64,000 nucleotides of DNA from Owenia fusiformis (GCA_903813345.2 CAIIXF020000001.1:38998001-39062000); one strand, 5' to 3'; shown: positions 13,001 through 25,600, counted from the first letter of the stretch. Made by a program: numbers and translations. The notes: generated from the letters alone by a model not told the origin.

Positions 13001-14901
13001 TTCATAGTTATACAGCTCACCGTATCACATGAAAATTAGTCACGTGTCATGTGATACAGAATATTTGTTGTCACAATTGACCAATCAAAATGCTTAGAAA
13101 CCATGTGATAAAATACAATACAATACAATACTATACAATATATATTTAACATGCTGGTTATGTTGCAGCTCCTGCCCCACTGACCAGTAGGGCAAGATCA
13201 AGAGCCAGACCCTATGCTAGCCCCTATGCTGAAAATATAGACAGCGACCAAGATACTGAACTCAGCCCTTGGTCAGTGGACAATGATGTAAGAAGGATCC
13301 TTTATAGAGACGATAGTTACACTGTAAGTTTAATCATTTTAATTGTAACCACTAAGAAGTGGTGAATATTAGCCATTATTTTATGACTGACATTTGCTGT
13401 CACAAAATGTCAAAAATTGGCCAATTGACCAATTATATTTTCAAAATCATCTACAATTTATCAGAAGTTTAAGTGACTTAAAGCCCCCGATAAAACGGGC
13501 TACGTATACCGCCGTGTTTACATTAGGGGATTAGAAGAGTTTATTTTTACGTAGGTATGCAAGCAATATCAATATTAGGCCTTCATGCATGTACTCGTGT
13601 GTACAATTAGCATGCCCTTCAATATTATATAAGCCAGGCTATTCAAGTACAACATAATGTACACTATTTATGTGTGTACTACATGGGAATACAATTCCCT
13701 GGGAAACAAAACACAAATACTTTTTATATGTTCAAAATGAGCCATTTGATTGATGCATACACTTAATACCTTCATAATATATAAACATCTACAAAGTATA
13801 TCTAATAGTTATTTTCAATTCCAATGTTGAAACTTGCCTGGTTACGATTATACGGGAAATCAACACTGGACAATAGTTGTACACCTTCCTGGCTTACCTC
13901 TGAAGCCTGTACCCTGTAATCTCTTTATATAGGTTAGCGAGAGCGCTGCGCCTGCGCAGTTTTAAATTTTGGCGCACACTTTAAGATTTGAGATTTGACC
14001 TTCTCAAGTAAAGGTAAAAAAAGTCAAAAGGATCTTTTTCCGACTTTCCTCAAATTGACCAATTATTTTTTTCAAAAACATCTACAAGTTCTCAACAGTT
14101 CAAATCTGACTATAGATTTGGCATTCAATGACATTCTCAAGGTAAAAAAAGATTTGACCTTCAATGACCTCAAGCTCAAAAGGGTTTTTTCATCTTACTT
14201 CAAATTTACAGATTCTTTTTTTCAAAATCATCTACAAGTTCTCAGAAATTCACATCTGACTTAAGATAGAACGCATAATATTGTGACCAACTAGGTGGTG
14301 ACATTTTTTCATGTTCTTTTTATTTAATTTTTGTAACCATTTGCAATGACTTACCATTAGTGGACATTCTCTCATGTTAATATCTCATATACTTAATGTT
14401 ATAATAGCTCTATAGGAAAAAGTCCACTTCCAATTCGCACTCTGAGCTGAATTTTAATATTTCATGGTGCTGTATCGTACCATAGCTGAAATAGTACTGT
14501 TGCGAATTGACTATGTAATTTTCACGATCATCCTTGGAGCACATCCGTGCAATAGTTCAGATGATGTTTGACAATAGGACCATAACCCTGTTCTTAAAAC
14601 AGTCAATAGAATAATGTTGAGAAAGGTCCAATTCCTTCTTTGTGTGTAATATGTATAAAATTCTGTTGGTGTATTCCAGGGGATAGTAAGCCATGCACAA
14701 AGTCAACTGACTGATCCAGATGAGATGTCATATCTACAGGGTGACTACAATCATGGAGACTACAATATACAGGGTGATTATACAGCTTCTGTGGATATAG
14801 CTGACTTGGTTCAGGTTGATGAGCTCTCTATGAGCAATGGAAGTATAATGAGCTACATAGACTGGGATGCTGTAGATGATCTTATTGCTGATGTTAAATA
14901 G
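1056..14901 (+). CDS. CPLANE1: Ciliogenesis and planar polarity effector 1 (C5orf42/JBTS17) orthologue, 3' portion (10 exons; 5' part lies upstream of the window)
   Basis: Exons 1056-1181, 2878-3005, 8735-8986, 10039-10264, 10505-10679, 10945-11372, 11621-11831, 12061-12324, 13169-13323, 14680-14901. All have AG/GT boundaries with matching phases, total 2187 nt, open to TAG at 14899-14901. Motifs LTGLSGISDIIGEVL..GLTE, RLHAWMAERKQQQDTAYRQQLDERRGLERNPY, QAERLMGEILSDTLELP, LSPWSV..VRRIL and terminal GSIMSYIDWDAVDDLIADV match, in order, my recollection of the vertebrate CPLANE1 C-terminal (Joubert) region. Confidence 0.85.
1679..2278. mobile_element. Tc1/mariner-type MITE, ~600 bp
   Basis: TA|CAGGGTGTCAAATAAGTCC ... 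GGACTTATTTGACACCCTA|TA; imperfect inverted arms extend beyond 100 bp. Confidence 0.8.
3067..3222. mobile_element. Small CAG-terminated MITE with 5-bp TSD (hAT5-like)
   Basis: TATGA|CAGAGATCTCCC ... GGGAGATCACTG|TATGA, with internal TTGCACC subrepeats. Confidence 0.6.
3600..4325 (-). mobile_element. Internally deleted, decayed mariner element
   Basis: Minus strand from 4068 reads MVNELIKEHRLCIKICVT*EKD..IRSWFNKFKKGISTSKDGPRSG*KRT (mariner N-terminal HTH), then directly YMDWIRRFRKCILFRGQY (mariner C-terminus). Bounded by the inverted CCGTGGAGCA/TGCTCCACGG. Confidence 0.75.
4872..5849 (-). CDS. Galactoside alpha-1,2-fucosyltransferase (GT11, FUT1/FUT2-like), single coding exon, nested in a CPLANE1 intron
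   Basis: Intact 325-aa ORF with an N-terminal hydrophobic anchor (LAIIPKLFITVFIFKVAL) and GT11 motifs GRLGNLMFEYA, GVHVRRGD, FIVCTDD and DLAILSKCDHTIISTGTFGWWAAFL. Confidence 0.92.
   Translation of the reverse strand: MAKPHSSFANKIRLAIIPKLFITVFIFKVALDIHLESIKFNFDTTSGQENSEYLTVNFEGRLGNLMFEYAGLYGLANTNKKLPYMEIAPVTMKLKKIFNLSVPLMDDDSVNDVQEYHTDQLIWGKYSKQWNSLPKKRNLKIFYWLQSFKFFWHVKSQILQEFQFSSTINEKAVAILRTATMRKSGQPNVTLIGVHVRRGDIMIQSNLRRGYVPAPKRYFQNAMHHFNSSYPNCVFIVCTDDISWTKLHFPVNNNIIFSARSAEIDLAILSKCDHTIISTGTFGWWAAFLAQGSVIYYKHWPREHSNLELGFNNEDYFPKEWIAME
6460..7150. repeat. ~28-33-bp minisatellite
   Basis: Roughly 20 degenerate copies of GGTTCAAAGGGGTGTTGTACCTGGCTGATA. Confidence 0.9.
9036..9958 (+). mobile_element. 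Helentron-associated non-autonomous element (HINE/DINE-1-like), copy 1
   Basis: 5' TTATCCCATCGAAC with adjacent partial hairpin, (GTCC/GTAC)n microsatellite, internal tandem units with AAAATGGCGGCCATTTT, 3' subTIR GTTCGATGGGAT plus short hairpin, inserted in a T-rich site. Confidence 0.75.
12618..13112. mobile_element. Unclassified insertion with internal hairpin
   Basis: Perfect 23-bp inverted repeat ATGTGATACAGGAAATATTCCAC / GTGGAATATTTCCTGTATCACAT (12661-12730). Ends TTATCAC.. / ..GTGATAA interrupt a (CAATA)n tract. Confidence 0.5.
13343..14322 (+). mobile_element. Second HINE-like family copy, interrupted by a TTAA insertion
   Basis: 5' GTAACCACTAAGAAGTGGTGAATATT, internal tandem units (AAATCATCTACAAGTTCTCA), 3' GGTGGTGACATTTT. 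Related ends occur at 18330-18425 (reverse) and at 54970. Confidence 0.5.
13482..13980. mobile_element. TTAA-flanked insertion with AG..CT ends and no clear TIR (Kolobok- or Crypton-like)
   Basis: TTAA on both sides; removing the insert restores the host unit TGACTTAAGAT, seen intact at about 14257. Confidence 0.55.
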
Positions 14902-16583
14902 CTAAAGCTTGGTAGCTAGATGTGTGTATATCATATACATTTAGCTACATGTTCATCATAGCCCATTTTAAATCTAGATTCTAGATATGTACCAAATCTA
15001 GATAATGTTTTTTTTGTTTTTTTTTGTTTTATTTATACAAAGAATACTTTTATAACAAGTGCACATGTGCTTGTGTCTGGGCATTAGCATTATCAGCCAC
15101 GTTATATGATGATAATCATTTAACAGTATTCAAACAAACACTAATATAGTAGTTGTATTTGTGGAGGGTTACAGTGGTGGGAGTGACCTAGACATTTTTT
15201 ACATCCTTCAAAAAAGATGGCACTACATTTGAGGCTATTCACGTTTACAGCTTTAGGTAGTCTTTTATCACCATTGAGGATGAGAGAGAGTTTGTCTAGT
15301 TGTGATCTAGATCTATATTTGGTAGAATATTCTAGATCTATATATGGCAGAATATTATATGTTCATATTTTTAATTCATTTTCAAATTCTGTCCAAAATG
15401 TTGATCTCAGATATGTGTTGAAAAGGTCTGAGCTGATTGCTATGTTTATCAAGCTAACTATTGAAGTTAATATAACTTTGGTGCATGCCTCTGCTAAAAT
15501 TGATCCCTGGTTTAAACTATAGATCTAGCTTGACTGTAGGCCCTACCTCATGCTAGAAAGCTAAAGCTTAGAAATTATTTCAGTTTCATGAAAAATAGGG
15601 ATTTCATATTCAGTCTAAAAAATACTTCATATCTAAAAAAATTGTGATATGGAATTATTTCTTTAATAGATATCAATTCATTTAGATGATTTAATAATCA
15701 ATTCCAATATTTTTGTGTAGCTTTGTCAAGCCATTGATTTTATATATTTTTATAAATCATTGTGAACTTTCTACATTGTGCAGTTCTTGAAACCATCCTG
15801 CTTTATAATGTTTTCTGCTGTGTGTATAACAGTTATCTATGTTGTTCTCTAGGGATATTTTTTATTTTTGTTCAGCTGTTCAGTAACTTATGACATTATG
15901 ACAATTCTACTAATTTCTATGCATGATTTATAATTTTTATTTGTAAATCTCTAATTAGATTGATTTAACCTCTTATCTTGGATACCAGATCCTTCCTCTT
16001 TTTGCCAGTTATTGTCATTTAGTTTGGGATAGCTATGATAAACCCATCACATATTGTAATTTGTTTAAATGGATAATGGATACAAATTGTCACACTTTTG
16101 TAAGAAACCCTAGTTATCATGTCATTCTGGATATCCAGGTGGTTTTTAATATGAAACATTGCATTAAACTTAATACATTAAAACCTTCAAATATGGACAC
16201 CTTTGGTTTGGTTTTCTCAAAGGGATGTTAACTTTTACATGTATATTGTACCTATTTCAAATATTTAAGATTTCAATAAACCCTATGGTGGTAGTTCAAA
16301 TCCTCATTGATGACACCATATTGAATCGTAAACAATTTAAGGTGTTTATACAACATGTACTTTCTTGATGACAAGTGAAATAAATTCATCACTTTTCAAT
16401 CTTTGTTTTTGTTAATGGGATAAATTAAATTATCTTAGATGTACATGTACATTTTAAAGTAAAATTTCTACAAGAATATATAAACTTGTTTGATAAAAGC
16501 AAAATAAAAACGTTTGTATTTTTGTTGGTATTGTCTGATGTGATGTCCATATTCTATGGAAGTCCATGCTTGTAATTTACAAA

Positions 16584-17265
16584 GGAGGAGGGAAAGTGTC
16601 ACAACAGATTTCGGACAGTCATATGTTGGATTTTGGCTATTCTCTGAGGATTTAAACAAGTGCGTATGTTAGATCAATGCATTACCTCCAGGAAAAGCAC
16701 TCATAGAGATGATAAAATAATTTCATCTTTGATACAGGGGAGGTGCAAACAACCCACCCACGTTTTTTCTAAAATGTTCTGATTTTCAACCCCTTCCACC
16801 CCTTGTTTTTTCAATTTTTGTTGTATCAATATGTTGAGTTTTGACCACTTTAAAGGAATAAGTGATTCCTTCAGGGGTTTTAAAGATATCCATTATGGGT
16901 GACCAAACTTAGCTGAAAGCAATGGATCACATGAGTTTTCCCTATGGGAAAATAACATGGGAAATATTGTTTTCCACTTAATCTAAAAGGAATCACTTAT
17001 TCCTTTAAAGGGGTTAACTGTGTGTCAAAATGCAACATATTGATGCAGGAAAAATTAAAAAATCAGGAAAACATTTCAGAGAAAACATATGGGTGGGTTG
17101 TTTGCATCTATCCTGTCTTAAAGTTGAAATTATTTTATCATCTCTAGAAGTGCTTTTCCTGGAGGTAATGCATTCGCCTAACATATGTACCTGTTTAAAT
17201 TCTCAGAAAATGGCCAAAATCTAACATATGACTGTCCGAAATCTGTTGCACTAATTTCCCCCCTC
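16584..17265. mobile_element. Foldback (palindromic) element with ~260-bp arms
   Basis: CAACAGATTTCGGACAGTCATATGTT..AATGCATTACCTCCAGGAAAAGCACT on the left is reverse-complemented at 17149-17250. Confidence 0.8.
16854..17004. mobile_element. Kolobok-like MITE nested at the centre of the foldback element
   Basis: TTAA|AGGAATAAGTGATTCCTT ... AAGGAATCACTTATTCCT|TTAA; perfect 18-bp TIR. Confidence 0.8.
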
Positions 17266-17846
17266 ATTTGGTTCCAGCTCTTACTTCCCCCTTGTTTTGA
17301 AGAGATCTTTGTTGTTCAAATATTGTATAATTGTATCATCTGTAATCTTCCAAATAGATCAGATATTGTATTGAAATTGCAATCGATATTGAAAAGTATT
17401 AATGTCAGTTGCAGCTTCCCAGTTTCATGTTTTTTTTCTAGGCACTCTACAAATACATAAAAATATTGCAAAAAGTTTATTTTAGCGAAACTGCAACGTT
17501 ACATACTAACTTATTGATTTCATGATGAGCTAGTTCTATCGATTATATCATCTAATTGAAACCCCATGATTATATTCAGTTATCAAATAGTATTATATGG
17601 GTTATACTGTACTAGATATTTTTAATTTGATCTATTTTTTTAAATTGACATACTTTTTAAAAATGAGAAGAAAACACCATGATGTAAGGCCATCGAATGG
17701 TGCAATTTTTGTAAACTTTCAGAGCACATTGAAACTGAGTACAAGCTTTGGAAAACTGTTTTTAATGGCATCTCATTATATTATTTAGTATCCCAATCTG
17801 ATCCTATAAGATTGATATCACATACAGACAAAATAAGAGTACATTA

Positions 17847-18093
17847 TTATCCCATCAAATTTTGTTCATATTTTATATACATGTGCCCTATGTCAGTGGA
17901 AATTCTGCTTGAAAGCTGATTTTCAAAATGGAAGTTTGTTTTAAAATGGCGGCTATTTCAGTGCCAATTTTACAGTGATTTAGATAGAAATACTGTAATG
18001 TTAATACATTTTCAAGGAAGTGAAGTAATTTTGTAAAGTGGACAGCCAAGCACGTTTGATGGGATTTGCCACCCTTGGCGTCGCTGTTGTCTA
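17847..18093 (+). mobile_element. Short deleted HINE-like copy (same family as 9036)
   Basis: TTATCCCATCAAA ... TTTGATGGGATTTGCCACCCTTGGCGTCGCTGTTGTCTAG. Confidence 0.6.
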
Positions 18094-18585
18094 GCTTTGT
18101 AAGTTCCCTTTCAAGAAATGGCAGCATATTGTTATAGCCACCATTTTTACTGGCATTCGGTGTTTGATTTATATACAGTAGCTAGGTAGAACCAATTCAG
18201 TATTTATAAATATTAAATATAGATCTCTGATGAGATGGACTATAGACTTACTGGGTCCCCTTCCATATCAGATATATATACAATATGTATATATCTAAAG
18301 ACCTTACAGGTTCATTAATAAACAATGCAAAATGTCACCACCTGCCATTTGTTACAGACACTGAACATCAGTCACTGTCCACAAAAAAAGTTAGAGACTA
18401 TAACAATATGTCACCACTTTAAGGTAGACTAGGTAAATGGCAGAAGAGTGGGTTGCATCAACTTGTCAGACAAGACTGCAGAAATGGCCACCTCATGATA
18501 TACCTTGATTAGCCAAAAAGTACCATGATGTAAATTCTGAGGGTGAAACCCCTCCCCTTGCTTTTTGGGTTTGCGCTAGCAGTGA

Positions 18586-19133
18586 TGGGGGGGAGGGGTA
18601 CACTGTGTATAAACCTTGACGGGGATCCTCTGTCCACATGGGGTACCTTTTTGACATTTGGTATGGCAATGGACCCAAATTTTAGGATCTGGTATAAGAA
18701 TGCCCCCCCCCCCAAAAAAAAAAATTACTTGAGGTATGGCAATGGTCAGATTTTTCCACTTTCTAGTCTGAGAATGGTCAGGGAAAATATATAAACTCAA
18801 ACTTGTCGTGTGACATTCGTCCCGTAGCTACATGTCACATATCCTTAATTTCAGGTTGTTTTGGATCGTTTTCCTCAAAGATCTGCCTTCTTCTTGGGGC
18901 CTCAGTGTGTGTTTTCTTGGCATTGGTCCCTATATTTGGGCATTTGGTATGGCATTGATCCTATATTTAGATATTTTGTATGGCAATGGTCTTACATTTG
19001 GTATGGCTTTTGAGCTTTTTTTGGTTGGTATGGGAACACATTGAACTTTGACAGATTGGTATGGGAATATATTGATATCTGAGGGTTCAGCCTAGGACCC
19101 CCGCTGAATGTTGTATGAAGTGAACCCCCTGGG
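18586..19133. mobile_element. Unclassified TIR element with internal short repeats
   Basis: GGGGGGAGGGGTACACT ... AGTGAACCCCCTGGG ends, with repeated TTTGGTATGGCAATGG units inside. Confidence 0.5.
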
Positions 19134-19179
19134 TGGGAAACTCAAATAGTTTGTTGGCTACGCCCATGTATAGTCTTCA

Positions 19180-19644
19180 CAATTTATGTTAATCAAAAGC
19201 TTAGAATTGTTAAAAAGAGGAAAACAACTCCTCGTCCATCTTCACTTTCCTGGGGAATGTTGCTCCTCAAACTTTCCGAAAGTCGTATACGCGACCTGTC
19301 AAATGTGTGATGCTTTTAAAAATCCCGCCAAGAACTCTATAATTGTCCAACCAATCAAAATGAAAGTAGGTCAAGGCAATAATTGAATAACATCCGGGAA
19401 CTTTTGTACTTCAGGTCAGCCATATTGAAAAGCGATTCACGAGTTGAAAAAGTAAACCTTCAAAGACGATAATTTTCGGAGGATCCCGATGGATTTATGG
19501 ATATATTCTCCAATCATATCAGAAGAAGTTGGGTTCCAATACCATTGTGGTCTGTTTTGAGACGTGTTGAAAACTGAAAATGACGATTCAAACGACATTG
19601 TTGAATGTGTAAAATCGAAATGAAAACTTGTTTGTGGAGTATTT
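19180..19644 (+). promoter_or_regulatory. Putative ACVR2 promoter and 5' UTR
   Basis: Locally CpG-retaining region directly upstream of the signal-peptide exon, with CCAATCA near 19351 and a YY1-like GCCATATTG near 19419. The TSS is not determined. Confidence 0.45.
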
Positions 19645-22600
19645 ATGAAAACAACAACAATGTTTATTCGATCGATGCAGGTCGTTGTCATTACTGCCTT
19701 TATAGGTGCGTATAGTTTTAATGTTTTAGGAATAGTGTCTATATGTTTATATAGAGGCCTTTCATCTAGATTGGCCTTTGATGCACAATCCAAAGAAGTG
19801 TGAAAGCTAAGATGGTCAATCAAAACAAAATGGCCACACTTGACCTAAGAGAATGAATGGCTGGAATATATTTATTTTGAGGTGTAAAATGACATCAGAA
19901 TAACCTTGTCATTTCTTATTTGTTGTTTCAGAACTGCAGTTTCATGTCTAAATCACTACAGTCACCTGTTTTCTAGTGTACGACAGTTTCAATCACTTTC
20001 TGCATTTGTGAGCTTTTCAAGCTTCGACTGGCCAACAGAATACTGTGTTTATATAATGTTTCATTGTTCTTATCATGTTGTTCATGTTTTGGTGAATTCA
20101 GGATCGGAATTACATATATTGGCCCATGGTGTTATACTATAGCTCTATTCCAATCAGTTCTGTTATGATGAATTGGCTCCTGTCCAAAATGTCTCCATAT
20201 GATGATCTCTATCAAGATTCAGTAGTGTCACCATATGTCATTTCTTCAAAATATCACATTTGTCTAAAAAAGCAAGTTGATATGATTTTTAGTGTTCCCA
20301 AATCAGGAAATATATGTTGCAATGATTATATTGATGGTGGAAAATGTCAGTTTCAGTTTCCCAAGATGAGGATAAGGAATCAGTAGGTTTAGAGTAGGCC
20401 CATACATGGAAATGGGAAATTCTTGATAAAATCTCTCCTGTACCTTTTACTGTTAGAGATAAAAAACCTTTAGAACAGCTACCCAGGCCCGTAGCCATGG
20501 GGGGTTCGCAGGGTTCGGGCGAATCCCCCTGGCCAAAAATTCTTTTAAAATTGTGCAGTTTTCCATTATTTTGAGCACTTCTCGAGTGATTTTAGCCATA
20601 TTTGGGCCAAAATTGTCAAATGTGAACCCCCTGGAAATCTTTGGAAACTGAACCCCCTTGGCAAATCATGGCCCGGCTAGGTCTAACCTCCATGACCATT
20701 TTGCCTTTGATGCGTTAATTTAATCGTTCAGCAGGTTTCGACAAGCGGAACAAATTAAACCCTGAAAACATGGCAATATTACACAAAGAATGTGATTCAA
20801 ACATGCATACATACCTTATAAACACATACACCCCGTCCCGTATCCCCCTTAGACCCTATTGATGCATAATTACGAAAATATTGGAGACAGGTTTGGAAAT
20901 GACGAAAATGTCGGTCAGTTTCGGTAACATCGAAATTGCAAATCGTTTCAGGAATTAACCGTCATCACGGCACTGCATTAACGAACAGTGGGTTTGCAAT
21001 TAATAACTGTTTTGCGTGTATACACGCGCTATATAAATTAATCAAAGATACCTGTTATCCTCAAAATTGATCTTTTTATCCCGAGTAATCGCGATGATAA
21101 TTATCAATCTATTTGACAACGATTTCGTTTCGCTGGTAGTTTAATTTTACGATCCGGGACACTCAGACGAACAGACACAATGACGGACATGCGGAATGTC
21201 ACTTTAGAGATTGGTAAGTGTAGCCTCATTTTACTCGTATAAATGAACATTTAACACAAAAATATTGTGTTAAATCGCTTGATGTTATGTGTTTTTATAT
21301 TATTGTCAAGTATCAGTTGCACGTTATCGCGGAAAAATGGTTTCGATGGATTCAGAACTTGCATCAAAGGAAAGAATAGTAAGGAGGTTAAACTCAATAA
21401 TGGCCCCAAAAATTCCTAATAATAAAGAACGCCGTTATTGAGTTTAACGACGTTGAACTAGGCTACGGGCCTGCTACCATTGCCTATATACATGTACTTT
21501 GAATATGAAATAAAGGCCAGCTTTATGAAAGTATGAATTTTGTGACTATAATTCAGATACTTATTCATGCTTGCTTATAAATTTGAAATGGGAAATTCTT
21601 TTTGTGCGCCTTTTCTGAAATTTGAAATTGAGATATTTTGTTCAGTATGGTTATTGGAATGTAGTAGTACACATACACTGTATATACTTTGGATAGATAC
21701 AGATGAACATCTGTTGTGAACCAGTAATTACTGAATTTTTGACGTTCAGTATTCAAAATGAATATAGTGCAAGGTATGGTTTATATAAGTAATTATGTGT
21801 AGTGTAAATCTGTCAACCAGGACTTATTTTACAGTATTAAAATCACTTCAATACAAGCAAGTTGGTCTCCATTAATAAACATAATCAATTATATTAAATA
21901 AAATAAGTTATGTTTGAAACTGACAAACATTCTAAGTCCCCATTAATAAAAATGATAATTAGTGTTTATTAAATAATGTTTATTAAAAAACTGGACAAAA
22001 TAGTTCTATTTGTATACATATTAATTCGTAAACAGTACATATATTGGTGTTGGTATTCTCATGCTATGTTGTAACATTACTGCTGTTTACAGTTAGGTAT
22101 GGATTAAGATAGCGTCTGGGGCAATGTGTTTCTAGACAGAGTAGCATTTGGCTTAATTTGGAAGTTAAACCTTACAAAGCTGTTATACTACATGATAATC
22201 ATTTCATGATTTGGAATTCGCATTTATCTCTACATTATCATTTTCTTTGTATGAAAAGGATAATTATTAATGACCTTGATCTTTCATACAATATTAGTAA
22301 TACATACTTGTAGCATAGCTGTGCATAGAAGAGCTACCATGGAGTGGACTGGCTGATGTGAAAGTTTCACAGACAAAACGATCTGCTTGTTGAAACCTCC
22401 TGGAAGGAAGAAGTTATCCTTCACCTTTGGAGTCTCGTGTTGTGTTTAAGAGTTTCATCATGAGGGTTATTTCAATAGACTAGATGCGAGTAGAAATAAT
22501 CTTGATTTACGTCATCAAAAATTCAAAATTCAGTCAAACTGATGTCATATTTGGAATTTACATGTAGAATTACATCTAGAAATGTGGTTTTGAAAAGAGT

Positions 22601-25600
22601 TTATCAACTTTGAAAATTTAATCTTCTTGGAAAATGGGACTTCTAGGTCGGGGGGATTCCCCATAGAGCCCATGTTGTAAAATCACAAAAGGTGAAATAT
22701 CTTTTCTTGTGTTGGGCAGATAATATTTTCTTTTACTGGGCATATTTTAATTTGTATAACTATCAGATACAAAAGGGTAATATGAAAAGTGAACCACTAA
22801 AACTGATGAATATTCAAGTTTAAGGGAATTTTGTAATACCCTGCCATGTTATTTCCCCCGACTCAGCCACCTGGTGGCGAAACTGGTAACTACCTACTCG
22901 CATCTGATTAATTATGTTTGCATACCTTCTTTAGAGAAAAGTTTTTTTTACAAAAACATACCTTTTGATGACATATTATGTTCCATACATTTGTCTTTTT
23001 GGTATGTTTTTGTTCATTTTTGGTCAGAAATAAAACATTTCTATTTATTTTCTGCTAAGTGATCATTCATAGAGTCATTAATTACATAAAAGGGAGGGTA
23101 AACGGATATTGATTTTTAGTTTCCTTGTGTTTCTCTTCTGTAATTTCTGGTTAGATTATTATTAAATAGACTCAACAAATATATATGTGTGTAGAAAGAA
23201 TTTATAATGTGTTCTTTATAGCAGTATCAGATGTATGCTGTGGAGTTGTGCTTGTACTGCACGCAAGTCAACATTTTGACTTTGGGGAGGGGGAGGTTAT
23301 CAGTTATCACATGTTTGAGCATGTGAGACGGGAAAACTCACATGGTAACCAACCAATCAGATTACTGGAATTTACGATTTTTGAGGGACATTGAAATATT
23401 GACACGGCCCCTTACATCAATATCACTGTCTCTTAACTGGCACAATTTTACATTGGGAGGTGTAAATCATATTTATCTATCTATATAGACCTAATGTCAT
23501 GTTGGACTATAAGGTCAATAATTTAAATGGTGTAGCAACTTAATCTTTTCACTGGATGGTAAAATATTTTTCATGGATGCTTTGGACATGGAAAATCGTG
23601 AAAAGTTTGTCCAGTCACCAATTTTGAAATGGCTGTACTTGGTAAACCTGGTTATCCTGAAACCAAAAAGGAAGTAGTAGCGGAATCAATTGGTGAATGA
23701 TCTTGCGTTTTCATACTAAAGTTTGTTTTTGAGTTTTTTCTTTTAGTTTTATGTATTTAAAGTTATTTAAGAGACAGGGCCCTTTTTCTAAAGCCCTTTT
23801 TAGAAAAATAATTGAGATTACACAGGATACCTGTTATTTCAACTTCTTAACACAATTTTAATTGAAAATTCAAATTCCAAACTCCTTATCTCACTATAAT
23901 TCACCAATGGAGAATGGGAATTGAGCAACCAAACTTGGCACAAAGTTATATCCTAGGATAAACTCTAATCTTAAGGCTTTGATTTTTTGTGATATCATAT
24001 ATTTGCCTAGCAACCACATAGCAACTGCCTAAAATAACATATTTTACAATATAAATCCAATTAATATATGCTAGGATGCTATAAGACCATTACAAAAAGT
24101 CTTCTTATCCTAAAATACAACAATTTTAACATATTTACAGAAGTGACATCAATATGTTGCATAGCAACAACATGGCAACAGGTTACAATGTCCATTTTGA
24201 CATTTGCAGACCATATATCTATTATATGGTCATTGCTTTTGGATCTCTTCCACATTATTTCTTAACATATAGCAAATGTATTGATGCAGTTATGTCTGAC
24301 CATTTTTCCTAGCAACGGCTTGAAATAAAGGTTAAATTTTGCCTACCAACGACCTAGCAAGATCTTAAAATAGCAAGGATTTCACTATATATACACCATA
24401 TGTACTTGAACAAAATCAATATATATGTATTTTATAATTTATAAAGCTTTATATAATAGTTGCTCACTTAAAAATCTTAAGTCTCTTGTGTAAAGCATGA
24501 TGGGACATTTCTTGTCTTATGTATATCAAATTGCAATTCATGTTTCAGTTCTGAGATAAAGTAAACACAAAATATTCATCACACTGGTACTTGATACATT
24601 TTCAGTATTGATACCCCTAAGATAATACTTTATTTTGGTGAACTGCTTCAATTTTCTTTGCAGGTGCATAGTTCGATGCAGTAGAATACACCACAGCATT
24701 TGCAGTTCCCTTTGTAGTCACATTTGGTACATCCACATTTACTTATGACTTTACATGCTTTGGATGCTTGGGCAATATTGTCCATTTGGGCACCCACAAT
24801 CCTGATGGGCTCCTAAACCATCCCCATAGGCTTGGTGAAGGAAGAATTGGATCCACTATATACCACTGCCCCCATACATGTGCTTCTTGTCAAAAGGGCA
24901 CTTGTAAGATCATTACATAAGTTCCATTGCTTGAAAACTGTCACCTTGCTATGATGGTAAAATCCAGAAGTGGTATCAGTTCCAGTAAGGGCGTGGAACA
25001 TTGGCAGTGCACATGATCTTTGTGGTCCTAGTGCTCAAGCAAATTCATAAATTGGAATGTAGCGTTAGTTTTGCCTTTTGAAAATGCTACATACATCTCA
25101 ATCTGTTGCTCAGATGCACAGGCTATTAGACTATCACAACATTACTGTCCACCAATCTTATCATAAATGTCCTGCAACCTTTTCCGACACCATGAGGCAC
25201 ATGCAAAAACAAATATGTATCTGCCTCTTTCCTTGGAGCAGGGACTATTATGTCATTATTAACAGGATTACTGATGCACTCTCCTTCAATGGTTGAGACA
25301 AAGACTCTATCGTCTGCCATAATATTTCTTGTAACAGTTTCTAGTAGTGCAAAGAACTCGATCTTCTTGGCATTGATTCTGAGAAATCCTATCCTAACAC
25401 CAAACTACCAAGCAATTTGCAAGCGTTTCTAGAAGACAGCTCTTTGCACAATTCCTACATCCTCAGCATCTCAAGTGGTAAAATTTGAAACTGAAATTAA
25501 TGACTTGTATGTTTCAGCAAAGTCCAGATAGGATTTTTAGCTTTTAACAAGTATAACCTTTACCTAACAATTTAATCTATATACTAGCTAGTATTTTGAA

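Noticed and set aside
19437..19823. 128-aa minus-strand ORF
   Set aside because: Non-ATG start, no recognisable domain, antisense to the ACVR2 first exon.
21180..21213. Candidate for the main ACVR2 first exon
   Set aside because: No hydrophobic signal sequence and it lies in a nested insertion; 19645-19705 fits better. Kept only as a possible alternative exon.
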